A stretch of 64,000 nucleotides of DNA from Azolla caroliniana (taxonomy: Eukaryota > Plantae > Polypodiophyta): NCBI GenBank assembly GCA_043228905.1, contig JBHGNT010000005.1, forward strand, positions 15,686,001-15,750,000, read 5' to 3'. The notes under the pieces are model-generated. The model was not told the origin of the DNA. It was given only the letters and a program-made list of their open reading frames with translations, and searched no databases. The position numbers and the translations under genes were made by a program. Of the stretch, positions 23,755 through 35,250 are shown in pieces (positions within the stretch are counted from its first letter, which is position 1; each line of letters starts with the position of its first letter).

Positions 23755-26700
23755 TGACAGGAACTCTACGTCCCCTCTACGCAATGCTCGGCCACAACCG
23801 AGCTTAGAATAATATACAAAAAAACGGTGAAAGAATGCACGACACGAAGAAGAGAAGAGTACACAGGATGTTTACGTGGAAAACCTAAACTTAGGGAAAA
23901 ACCACGGCAGCCCACAGGCTGCGAACTATCACCATGTTAGAATGTACAACAGTGAGTTCACGGAGGCAACGACCTCGTGCTCACGATCTTCGCCACAGGC
24001 AGCGGTTACAACAGAGGCAACGACCTCTTTCTCTCTCTCTGTCTCTGTACGCTGTTACGCACCTGTCTCTCCTTGCACCAACAAGAATGACAACTACACT
24101 ACATAAGTTTGCCCTAAGTCATATTTATACTAATATGACTTTTCAACTATTTACAAATATAGCCATCCGGTTCTCACCGGGTCTGCACCATCCGGCTGTC
24201 TGTAGCCGGGTACTCGCTCATCAGCACTGTTCTTCTCCCTTCCCATCCGGAGGGACCTGTCTCCCAACAAACTCCCCTTTCACTCCGGCATGGGGTGTCT
24301 TACTAGTCCGATCCGCTTCCGGCATGCATCCAGCTTGTCGGGTATCAACACTTTGGTCAGCATATCTGACCCGTTCTCGGCCGTGTGGATCTTCGTCAGC
24401 GCGAACTCCTGGTCATCTACTCTTTCCCGGATCCAATGATACCTTCGCTGGATATGCTTCGTCCGGGAATGATAGGCTGCATTCTTAGCAAGGTGGATGG
24501 CACTTTGACTGTCGCAGTAGAGCCGATATTCATCTTGCCGGATACCAAGCTCTCCGATGAAGTCCTTCATCCATAATATTTCCTTGCCGGCTTCCACAAC
24601 CGCCATGTACTCCGCCTTCGTGGTTGACAACGCAACCGTCTTCTGCAGTCTCGACTGCCACGAAACAACTCCCCCTGCATATGTCATTACATACCCGAAT
24701 GTAGACCGGCTGGTATCCACATCAGCCGACATGTCCGAATCGGTAAAACCGTCATGTTGAGGTTTTCCGGAGCCGAATCGGAGACACATATTCGAAGTGC
24801 CCTTCAAGTACCGGAGTATCCATTTGACCGCATTCCAGTGCTCCTTGCCGGGATTGCTCATGAACCGGCTCACCACTCCGACTGCGTATCCTATATCCGG
24901 TCGGGTACACACCATTGCATACATTAAGCTCCCGACGGTAGAGGCATATGGAACCTTTGTCATATCAGCCTTCTCTGCTTTCGTCTTCGGACTTTGCTTA
25001 CCGGATAACCTGCAGTTTCCCGGGAGTGTCGATCCGACCGGTTTCGCATCTGACATGTTGAATCGGTGAAGCCACAATTTCTTCGTTGACTGGTTCCGGA
25101 TAATATGCATCCCCAGCATCTGTCTTGCCGGACCCAAGTCTTTCTTTGAGAAGGTCCGGTTGAGAGCCTTCTTCAGCATCCGTATTTTGGCTTGGTCCCG
25201 TCCGACAATCAACATGTCGTCCACATACAGAAGGAGTATCAGGAAGTCGCCTCCTTCAAACTTCTTCACAAACACGCAGTGATCGGCCTACGTCTTGTGG
25301 TACCCTTGATCGGTCATGAAGGAGTCGAACTTCCGGTACCATTGCCGGGGAGCCTGCTTCAGTCCGTACAGGCTCTTCTTCAACCGGCATACCAGGTGCT
25401 CCTTCCCTTTCTCCACGAATCCTTCTGGTTGCTGCATGTAGATCTCCTCTTCGAGGTCGCCGTGAAGGAATGTCGTCTTCACGTCCAGCTGCTCTACCTT
25501 GAGGTCCATGCTTGCCGCTATACTCAGCACCGTCCGGATGGAGGTCATCTTTACTACCAGGGCAAATATCTCATCGAAGTCCACGCCCTTCTTCTGTTGG
25601 AACCCCTTCACCACGATCCTGGCTTTGTATCTCGGGGGGTTGCCGGCATCTCCCGGTTTCAACTTGTACACCCACTTGTTTCGGAGTGCCCGCCTTCCTT
25701 TCGGCAACTCCACCAATTCATACGTATGGTTCTCATGCAGGGAATCCATCTCATCCTGCATGGCACTTAACCATTTTCGGTTGTGGGTGTCATCATTTGC
25801 TTCTTCGAAGCTTTCCGGCTCCCCCTCATCGGTCAGCAGCACATGCTCTGCATCCGGAAATCTCCGGGGGGCCCTTCTCTCTTTGAGAGGATATCTCCGT
25901 TATTGGGCTTTGGTAGCCGGCTCCTCCATTTGCTCTTCATCCGAATCCGATTCGTGGTCTTGGCCGGTTCCGGTTTTAGCTTCCTCTACTTCTTCTTCTG
26001 CCGGTCTGGTATCCTCACCGTAACCGGTTGGTTCCTCGAGTGCTAACCGGTCTCTTGCCGGTTGGGTTTGCTCCTCGCAGAATCGATCCTTACCGGTCGA
26101 CTTGGAGTTCATTATCTTCTTCTCCGACTCCCAGTCGGTGAGCGTCTTGTCCTCCATGAAGATAATATCTCGACTCCGGAATAGCTTCTTGTCGACCGGG
26201 TCCCACACTCGGTAGCCGAACTCATCGTCGCCGTAACCGAGGAATATGCACGGCCGGGTCTTTGGATCTAACTTTCCTCTCCGGTCCTTACCTACATGCA
26301 CGTTCGCAAGACACCTGAACACCTTCAGATGCCGGTAGGACACTTCCTTACCGGTCCATACTCTCTGTGGCGTGTCTCCGTCCAAGGGTACTGAGGGTGA
26401 TCTGTTTATAACATATGTCGCCGTCGACAGTGCCTCAGCCCAAAACTTCTTGGGTAGTCTTGCATGCGATAGCATACTCCGGACCCTCTCCATTATGGTT
26501 CGGTTCATCCTCTCGGCCAACCCGTTTAGTTCCGGCGTCTTCGGCACGGTAAATTCGATCCGGATTCCCTTTGAGCGGCAATACTCCTCGAACTGCCCCC
26601 GGTATTCTCCTCCGTTATTTGCTCGAACCACCTTCAACTTCCGGCTGGTTTCTCTTTCCACTCTCGCGTGGAGCTCTTTGAAAACGGATAGCACCTGATC

Positions 26701-28917
26701 CTTCGTCTTCAACGGTGTGGTCATCTATGAACGTCACGAAGTACTGCGCTCCGGCATGTGACTTCGTGTCTACTTGACACACAACTCCAGTGGCGCATTA
26801 CGTCTCATCGGTGGCCTTGATCGGAAGGAGGTTCGGTTTTGCTTACCGGCTGGACAATCAATGCACTTCTCCAAGTGCACGTTCTTCACTGGAATGAGGT
26901 TGTCTTCTGCAAGCCTCTTCATCCCCTTCTCGCTCATGTGATACATCCTCTTGTGCCACTGCTCACTAGCAGTGTCGGATGCCACGTTCACTTCCTCCGG
27001 ACATAACCGGGCATTCATCAGGTACAACGTGTTTACCTTCCGGGCTCGAGCCACAATCAGGCTCCCTTTGCTGAACTTCATAACACCGTTCCGGATGCTA
27101 CCCGTGTAGCCTTCATCATCTAGCCAACCGACTGATATCAGGTTCAGACGAACCTCCGGAACGTGTCGGGCATCGTTCAGCAGCATCTTGCATCCGGTTG
27201 GTGTTGTCAGCCACACGTCTCCTATGCTGACAATTCGGCATGTACCTTCATTCCCCATCCGGACACAGCCGTGATCACCGGCTGAGTAGGATGAGAAGCA
27301 TTTCCGGTCCGGGGTAAGGTGGAACGATGCTCCGGAGTCGACTACCCAGGTCATCTCGTCACTGGCAAGTTTTATGTCACTCTCCTCGGTGATGAGCATC
27401 AACTCTTCTTCACTTGCCACGATTGTCGTCGTTCCCTTCCGGTCCGGTCCCCTACGGTCTTTACCGTTCCAGTCCGGTGTCCGCTTCGAATCGGTGCCGT
27501 CGGTTTCCTTGTCTTTACGGAAATGCTGACAGTTCTTTTGGAAATGTCCCGGCTTGCCGCAATAGAAGCAAGTAGGCCTCCCCCTTGACTTTGACCGCGT
27601 CCTCGACTTTTCCCGGTTTTGGGGGCTACGGTTCCTTTGTCTTCCGCGTTCTGATTCGGTAAGGAGCGCTTTGGAGTCGGAGCTTGTATCCTTATCTTTC
27701 CGACGCGCCTCTCATCTAGCAAGCTCAACTTCACTCTTGCTAGGGATAACCGTTTCCCTTCCGGCCCAGCGTTGCCCAAAGTGACAACCAACGTCTCCCA
27801 GCTATCCGGGAGGGAACCGAGCAGGAGTAGCGCTAGTACCTCATTGGCGTGAGGTACCTCCAATGATGTTGCCTGGTGGATTAGCCCCTGGAAGGCATTC
27901 ATGTGCTCTGCCATGCTGGAGCCATCTTGGTACCGGAGTCTTACTAGGTTCCGGAATACCGAAACCTGATTAATAGCATTTTTGTTTTGAAACATAATGC
28001 CGATCTTCTCCCAGAGCTCATGAGCCTTGCTCTCTTCATTGAAGTTGTTGTATAGGCTCATGTCGATGAAGCACCGTATGTAAGTCGTTGTCTTCATGTG
28101 CATCACCTCCCATATCGTGGCGTCGATTTTGTCCGGTCTCTTGTCCCCAAACTGAACCGGCAACCAAAGATCTTTAACCACGAGCATGTCCCTCATCTTC
28201 GACTTCCATACCGAATAGTTGGAGCCGGTGAGCTTGAACATGCCTCCCAACGAATCGTCCATTTTCTGTGTCGTTTTGCTCTGATACCACTTGACAGGAA
28301 CTCTACGTCCCCTCTACGCAACGCTCGGCCACAACCGAGCTTAGAATCATACACAAAAAAAGGTGAAAGAATGCACGACACGAAGAAGAGAAGAGTACAC
28401 AGGATGTTTACGTGGAAAACCCAAACTAAGGGAAAAACCACGGCAGCCCACAGGCTGCAAACTATCACTATGTTAGAATGTACAACAGTGAGTTCACGGA
28501 GGCAACGACCTCGTGCTCACGATCTTCGCCACAAGCGGCGGTTACAACAGAGGCAACGACCTCTTTCTCTCTCTCTCTCTCTCTCTGTACACTGTTATGC
28601 GCCTCTCTCTCCTTGCACCAACAAGAATGACAACTACACTACACAAGTTTGCCCTAAGTCATATTTATACTAATATGACTTTTCAACTATTTACAAATAT
28701 AGCCATCTGGTTCTCACCGGGTCTGCACCATCCGGCTGTCCGTAGCCAGGTACTCCTCATCCGGTTCTCACCGGGTCTGCACCATCCGGTTGTTCGTAAC
28801 CGGGTACTCCTCATCCGGTTCTCACCGGGTCTGCACTATCCAGTTGTCCGTAGCCGGGTACTCGCTCATCAGCACTGTTCTTCTCCCTTCCCATCCGGAG
28901 GGACATGTCTCCCAACA
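23755..28917 (-). mobile_element. Element H: full-length Ty1/Copia (Tork/Tnt1-like), lightly disrupted
   Basis: LTRs 23755-24269 and 28292-28917. TSD AAACG at 23750-23754 and 28918-28922. iMet PBS at 28278-28289 and PPT at 24270-24280. Gag 27399..28262, PR 26770..27420, INT 25900..26724, RT/RH 24280-25842. Confidence 0.95.
28706..28868. repeat. 3 x 54-bp tandem repeat in U3 of the 5' LTR of H (single copy in the other LTR)
   Basis: Unit 'tccggttctcaccgggtctgcaccatccggttgttcgtaaccgggtactcctca' at 28706, 28760 and 28814. One copy is at about 24166-24220. Confidence 0.95.
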
Positions 28918-29160
28918 AAACGTACAGGAGGGTACAAGTACCCTTGATAGAGCAATAGACGCGATAGTCGGCTCGATTGGCCGGTTCAATGGCAAAGATG
29001 CGAGAAGTTACTTGGAGGCCTATCGGGCCGAAATGATGATGAGGTATATTCCGGAGGATAGACGGCTGGACGGATTCCCTCGAATCATTACGCCGATCAT
29101 GCACGCCGAGGTGCTCGAGGTGCAAGCAAACTGTTGTACTTGGCAATATTCGAGGGGCGA

Positions 29161-29568
29161 TATCAGAACCAAGAGAAAAGATAGAGTGATAGAAGAAAGA
29201 TATAAAGAGATCACAGGAAGAGAGGAACGAAATAATAAGAGAAGAATGAATGTATTAGATAGAAAGAGAATGGATACAAGATAGGTGATAAGAGCTTAAG
29301 ACTGGTGTTGATTTGAATTGGTTTGAGAAGAATTGTATGTCTATATTTATAGGTTCCTAGAAAATAGCCTAGAGATTCTAAGATGTTCTAAGATGTTCTA
29401 GAATGTTCTAGAATGTTCCAGAGTGTTTACAATAATCAATGTATTACAAAAAGTAGCTTTTATCATCTCATGATCATAATCTATCTTAATGGTTCGGTTC
29501 TTGATTATGTATTACAAGGCCTTGAGTTCAAGCCCAAGTGAAGCCATGATGTTTATGTATTCATGACA
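29161..29568 (-). mobile_element. Solo LTR related to the chromovirus B LTR
   Basis: It shares 'gcttaagactgg(c/t)gttga', 'tttatag', the 'tctagaatgttccagag' repeats and the terminal TCATGACA with 6566-6956. It interrupts the gag of D. The TSD is degraded. Confidence 0.75.
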
Positions 29569-29748
29569 AGCATCTCCTCGAAAGGTACGGCTTCGACAAC
29601 TCGCTCCGGCTCTTGAAGAAGGAATTTATGAATTGGGTCGAGACCCCCACCATGGGATGGAATACGTCAGTGCTGCTTCAGAAGTTTGAAACGTGGCTCT
29701 GAACGCTAGACTGGACCGTGCTTGACATGAGCAAAAAGGTGGCCAGTC

Positions 29749-29980
29749 GACTCGTTTGATCGCGAAAAGATGGGCCTCCTCTTGGAGACAAAAGAGGGCC
29801 TCACGGCTGGCTGGGTAGTGGTTAAAAGATTTTGCGTACGTTTCGACAAATCGGTCAACTCGTTCGATCGCAAAAATGTGGGTCTCTTCTTGAAGACAAA
29901 AGAGGGTCTCACGGTCGGCTGGGTAGTGGTTAAAAGAGTTTGCGGCTATTTCGACAAATCGATCGACTCGTTCGATCACG
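29749..29980 (+). repeat. In-frame 2 x 108-bp (36-codon) duplication in the gag of D
   Basis: 'MGLLLETKEGLTAGWVVVKRFCVRFDKSVNSFDRKN' is repeated in ORF 29770..30291. Confidence 0.9.
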
Positions 29981-30861
29981 AAAAGTCGGAGGAACCGGTT
30001 CCGACAAGAACGGACAAAACAAGATGGTGGCTCGAGTTGGGCACGGCGCCGGCCAACGTGGTAGTAGGACCATCTGGGAGCGTAGCTCTTGACGAGCTAA
30101 CCAAGATGGTGCATGATCTCCAGATTGCACAGGTTGGGAGGAACGGCGAGGGCCAGTCACACGACTGGAGGCTGCTGTTCAGCCAGAGGTGTATGTGGTG
30201 TGACGTTGTTAGCCACGTCCGGAGGGACTCTGCCGATTTCGCCGAGGCATTTAAGAGTAGCGTAGTGTACCTTTGGAATGGTTGGGTGTAGGCCAACGAT
30301 ACGGGAAGGCCCTAGAGGTAAAAATACTGGCCGGGGTAGGATGAAAAGGATAATGGAGGAAGTCGCGGCCCCGAACCCCGAGGCCATCCACTACTCAATG
30401 TTGGCAGGAATCCGGGTAGGAGGAGAGAAAAGCATCGGATCCGGAAGCAAAACCAGACTCTGGCCGCTTGTGCTAGAGGGCCTGTCCGGGGTGAGACTAA
30501 GAAAGGAAGAAGCGGACCGCGCGGAGAAGTGGGTCCAAGAGGTTGACATGCTATTGCAGCATTGTAGGGACTACAACATTGTACGCAAGTTCGAATTGAC
30601 AAAATCAAATCCTAGCATGTTTTTTTTGTCGAGGCTATGTGTCGTATCCTGAAACCCAAGAATCGGCGAAGAGAATCTTGAATTTCTCAGGCAAGATTTC
30701 ATTTCTAGCATGAACTGATCAAAAGCTCACTACGGATAGATCGTCACATCCTCTTCCTTCTTTGTGCAGGAGGCATCCTCCCATCCGATCATCCTCGGCG
30801 AACCCTACATCACGGCAGCCTGGATGGAAACAAGGGTCCTGAACAACGGTTCAGCCTACGC

Positions 30862-31534
30862 TGTCGTGATGTTTTGTGTCCAATGGGAGAAATTGTGAAA
30901 TAGTGTGGCTTCACACACATTATACACATGATTATAAATATGAAAATTAGTCTAGGGTCTGATGACATTCAAGAGCATATAGAAGGGTGCAAGCAAGATT
31001 TGAACCTTGCACTTCTAAGATAGGAAGCAATTATCTTACCACTAAAGCTACTACTAAGTGCTTTAGATTTTGTATATTTCCTTCTCATATTTAGTATTCC
31101 ATAGGAAACAAACATACAAAACCGTGTACACAAAACCATGGTTTTAGCCCATGGTTTTGTGCATGCCACAAGGAAAACCGTGTGCCCGAAAACCATGGGT
31201 TCAAGCCCATGGTTTTGTGCACGTTAGAAGGATAGATAAACCTATAAAAACCCTCGAAAGGCTTGTGTAATGGGGGGGGATCAATCAATGGATGAATCAA
31301 ACAATCTATGAATCAATCTATGTATCAAATCGAAAATTAATAATAAGAATACTTAATTATCTTATTGGTGATGTGTATATATCTACCTATCTATCTTAAA
31401 AACTTCCTCAAATTTTGTTTCTCTCTCTCTCACTCTAACCACATTAGTGCGTCACTTCAACCGCCCATCATCCATAACCACTAGCGGATAGAGGCACGGT
31501 GCTTGTCCGCGCTTGTGTCACGTGCCACACGACA
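30862..31534 (+). mobile_element. Solo LTR (element C), 673 bp, 4-bp TSD
   Basis: Termini TGTCGTG...CACGACA with TSD ACGC at 30858-30861 and 31535-31538. Removing it restores GSAYARVKS. The strand is inferred from the (CT)n tract position. Confidence 0.85.
30985..31057 (-). promoter_or_regulatory. tRNA-like Pol III module inside solo LTR C
   Basis: On the minus strand: A box TAGCTTTAGTGG (from 31050) and B box GGTTCAAATC (from 31006), 44 nt apart, with a GCAAG/CTTGC stem around the B box. Confidence 0.55.
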
Positions 31535-33929
31535 ACGCTAGGGTGAAGAGTTAGGATGGCCGGCACTCCGTTAAGTTCTTCATAGTTCGGTCGAACCACA
31601 AGCGGAATCGCGACATTCTCGGCAACGACAACCGAGAGGATTTTTGAAGAGGACTATCAAGGCGTGGGGCCGCAGTAGTCCGAACAACCGGAAAAGACCG
31701 CACACCTATATACTAGGTAGGAGTTTTTGGCCCTCTGTTAACGGAGGTTGTACCATAACGAACATTAGTGGCTGAGAGAAGAAGTAGGTCAAACGATGCC
31801 TAAAGGCATGCAACACCTTAGGCTCCGACGACATGATTAGTTGCGTCGTGGAGGCGGTCTCGTTCGACGACACCCTAGGGGGGGTCAAGAGGGTAGTTGA
31901 GGAGGATCTTAGTGAAAACCAAGTCATCCCGATAAATTCCATCGAGATGTACAAAGTCATCGCGGGCTTCGGGAAGATGATCGAGTCGAATCGGACTGCC
32001 CGTTGTCGCGGTATTCAACGAGTATGTGTCGGAAGGGGCGGGACCACGGGGGACTCGGATGAGGAAGAGATGGATGTTGGGAGACCCACCCTCTCCATTC
32101 CTGGCTCCATCAGTTGTGGCGCAAACCGGAATGATTCTGGATGTGTACCGAACACGAGAGAGAGAGAGAGAGAGAGAATACGTGCAACACTGACTCAATG
32201 CACGCTACTTATGTACAGAAACGGAAAGAAGAAACTCTGAAGACGCAGACACAGACAGAGATGCACAAAACTTCATTATATATGTACAAGAGCAAGATAC
32301 AACTCCGGCTTCGAGCTAGACCAAGGTAGGTTAGGTTACAACAACAGTCTCATGCCAAGCTACCGATCAGGGAGCTCTCGGGCTCGTCGCGCCGACCGGG
32401 GTCTTGCACAAGAGACAGGGCAGAAGCCTAAACCCCTTTAGACATACGAGCTCCTAACCGGACTAAACCCTAAATAGACATGAAGACTCAACCCACACGA
32501 CGGCGAAGAAGAAAACCTCAAAGAACCCTAATAGAAAACAAGAAAGGAAGAAGAAAGCTACCAAACCCTAGATCTAAGTGGTATACCCTCCTAACTCAAA
32601 ATGGGCAACTGTTTACAAGTGACCCCTCCCTTCGTTTTATAGCCCACGGAGGGAGGGACCTTACAATGTGGGATAAATTTCCCCTCTTTATTCTATACAC
32701 CATTTTACATTGTTAATGTGCACATGTTGCACACCGCCGACTTGCTCATTCCATCCCGGTTTTACACCGTAGCCGGAAATCTTCACGACATCTGACCCCA
32801 CCAAACCAAATGTCAACCGGTACGTGCCAAACCCGAAGAAGGGTAAGAGATTCCGGCCGTAGTGAGCAACCGACCTTTCATAATCCGCATCCCGGCTACC
32901 GTGTTGGCCTCTACCGATCTGAACCGTCAGCTCCGGTTCCACCCTCACACTCACCTCTCCGTAGGCTTGTTTGACATGTCGATAGGTCTTTTGCCGCGAT
33001 CCCCTCTCGTACGCATGCTTGTCATGTGGCCCTTGATCAACCATATGCATGCCCCTCACTTTCAACCACCGTCCATATCCCTTGGTCTCACGCTGCCACG
33101 TCGGCCAAACTGCCAGGGTCTCCAGAACTAGTGTGAAGGATCCTTCTTGGGTTATCGATGTTCTTCGAGGCTACCAACACGAGAAATTCGTCCTCCCACC
33201 CGTATTCTCGCCCAGGCACCTCCGTGTGCTGCGTAACTCTTGACTACGCCACACAAGAGGCTCAGTCCGTCGTCCTCCTTTGTTCGGCGCTACCCGTGCC
33301 AATCTCCGGTCTTTCTTCGTGCATGCTTCGTCGGCCCCTGCTCGACCAGATCGTGCGTCATCGCTTGTCGTTTCTCCGCATACCAGTGTCCTGCGCATTC
33401 GAGGAACAACCCGTGTCGGCCTGCTTGGCCCCTTTCGTTCTGTGCTGCTACAACTGGCTCGGTGCCATACACTTGCCGTCGTCCCCTCGCCCCCACCAGC
33501 TTGTTATCTCGGGCTTGGCTTGCCACGCGAGTCGTTGCCACTCCGACTGAGCCTCCAAGATCTCCAAAGTGGGTGTAGAGGATCCTCCTTCGGTCACTGA
33601 TACCGTTTTCGGCTACCGACCCGTGCATCCTATCCCGCGCCCGGTTTCCGACCCGGCACCACTATGTGTCGTCTTCCATCTTCCTTGCTCGGCAACGCCT
33701 GTGCCGAACACCGTCCCGTACCTGTGCTTTACTTCGGCCCTCGATGGCCACACACACATCTTCCGATTTACTTCCGGGTGTGCCCTTTCAGCCCGACACA
33801 CCGCTCCCCGCTTGGGTGTCCTTGGTAGCTTTCCGTGCTGCTACCCACGAAAGATCACCCTTGCCCATTTTGGCCTGCCTGGCCTTTGTTGTTCTCGTGA
33901 CGCCTTGGTTGCTTGGTGCCTCTGTTGCT

Positions 33930-35250
33930 ATGGCCTTCGTCCCCTCGCCGCCACCGTCAATATCTTGGTCTTACGTCGGCTTCTAGTGCTGACCGATGAA
34001 GTCTCTAGATCCGGTCTGGAGGATCCTTCTTGAGCCTCCGATCCGTTATGCAACCGACTCGTGTACCAAGCGTGTCTGATCTTCATCCTTATGACCCTGC
34101 CGATTGGGTTCGTATCCGGTTCATGGCCGTGTCGCCAGCCTAACACCTCCTTCCGCTCCTTTTCGGCCCTTCTGCTAGATCCCGTTCACCTGCCGCCACC
34201 ATTCTTTTCTCTAGGTCGACCGCCGACTCTCGGGTCGACCGCCGGAGTCTCTGGATCGGTGTGACGATCGTCGTAGGATCGCCCATCCGCACTTCTACGT
34301 CGTATCTTGGGATCCCGTTCACCTACCGCCACCGTCCATCTCTCTAGGTCTCACGTCGGCTCTCGGGCCGACCACCGGAGTCTCCAGATCGGTGTGAGGA
34401 TCGGCGTAGGACCGCCCCATTGCTGCCTTTGCCCTCGTCCCCTCGCCGCCACCGTCAATCTCTTGGTCTTACGTCGGCTCTGCTGCCGACTGCTAAAGTC
34501 TCTAGATCCGATGTGAAGGATCCTCCTTGGGCCTCTCGTCTTTCCAACCCTATCTCGTGTCTTCCTTCTCCGCATGTCGAGAGGGTGGCTCGCCCCACAC
34601 CCTCTCTCGTGGTACCACCGTACCATGTTCCCGGCCTCTCCGTAGGCTTGCTTCCTCCGCCCTTTTTGGATCGGTTATTCGGAAGTCCACTCCGCCCAGT
34701 TCTCGTCCGGGTCCGCCCGTCACTCTGCATTGCCGGGTCGCGTTCTCCTACCACCACCGTCAGTATCTTGGTCTTAGGTCGGATCCGATGCAGACCGCCG
34801 AAGTCTCTAGCCCGGTGTGAGGTGACCCATAGAACCGGTCTTTGTTCCTCCGCTTGTCGAGAGGGTGGCTCACTCCACACCCTCTCCCGTGGTACTGATA
34901 TACCGTGTCCCCAACCTCTTCGTAGGCCTGCTTCCTCTACCCTTCCGGATCGGTTATCCAGAAGTCTGCTCCACCCGGTTCTCGTCCGGGTCTATCCATC
35001 ACTCTGCATTGTCGGGTCCCGTTCTCTTGCTGTCACCGTCAGTATCTTGGTCTTATGTTGGATCCGATGCCAACCGCCGAAGTCTCTAGCCCAGTGTGAG
35101 GTGACCCATAGGACTGATCTTCGTTCCTCCGCTCTCGTGTTCTTCTCTCGAACTTGTCGTCGACGTTCTTGTTGTGCTCCCACCTCCATCTTCCATCTCT
35201 CTAGGTCTCACACCGGCTATCGGCCGGCTGCCGGAGTCTCCGAATTAGAT
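33930..35250. repeat. Patchwork of imperfect direct repeats in the internal region of E
   Basis: The motif 'caccgtca(a/g)t(a/c)tcttggtctta...aagtctctag' recurs at about 33952, 34450, 34754 and 35034. A unit of about 280 bp is duplicated at about 34570-34850 and 34850-35130. Confidence 0.85.

Noticed and set aside
28706-28868. CRISPR-like array
   Set aside because: The units are contiguous with no unique spacers, the context is a eukaryotic LTR, and there are no cas genes.
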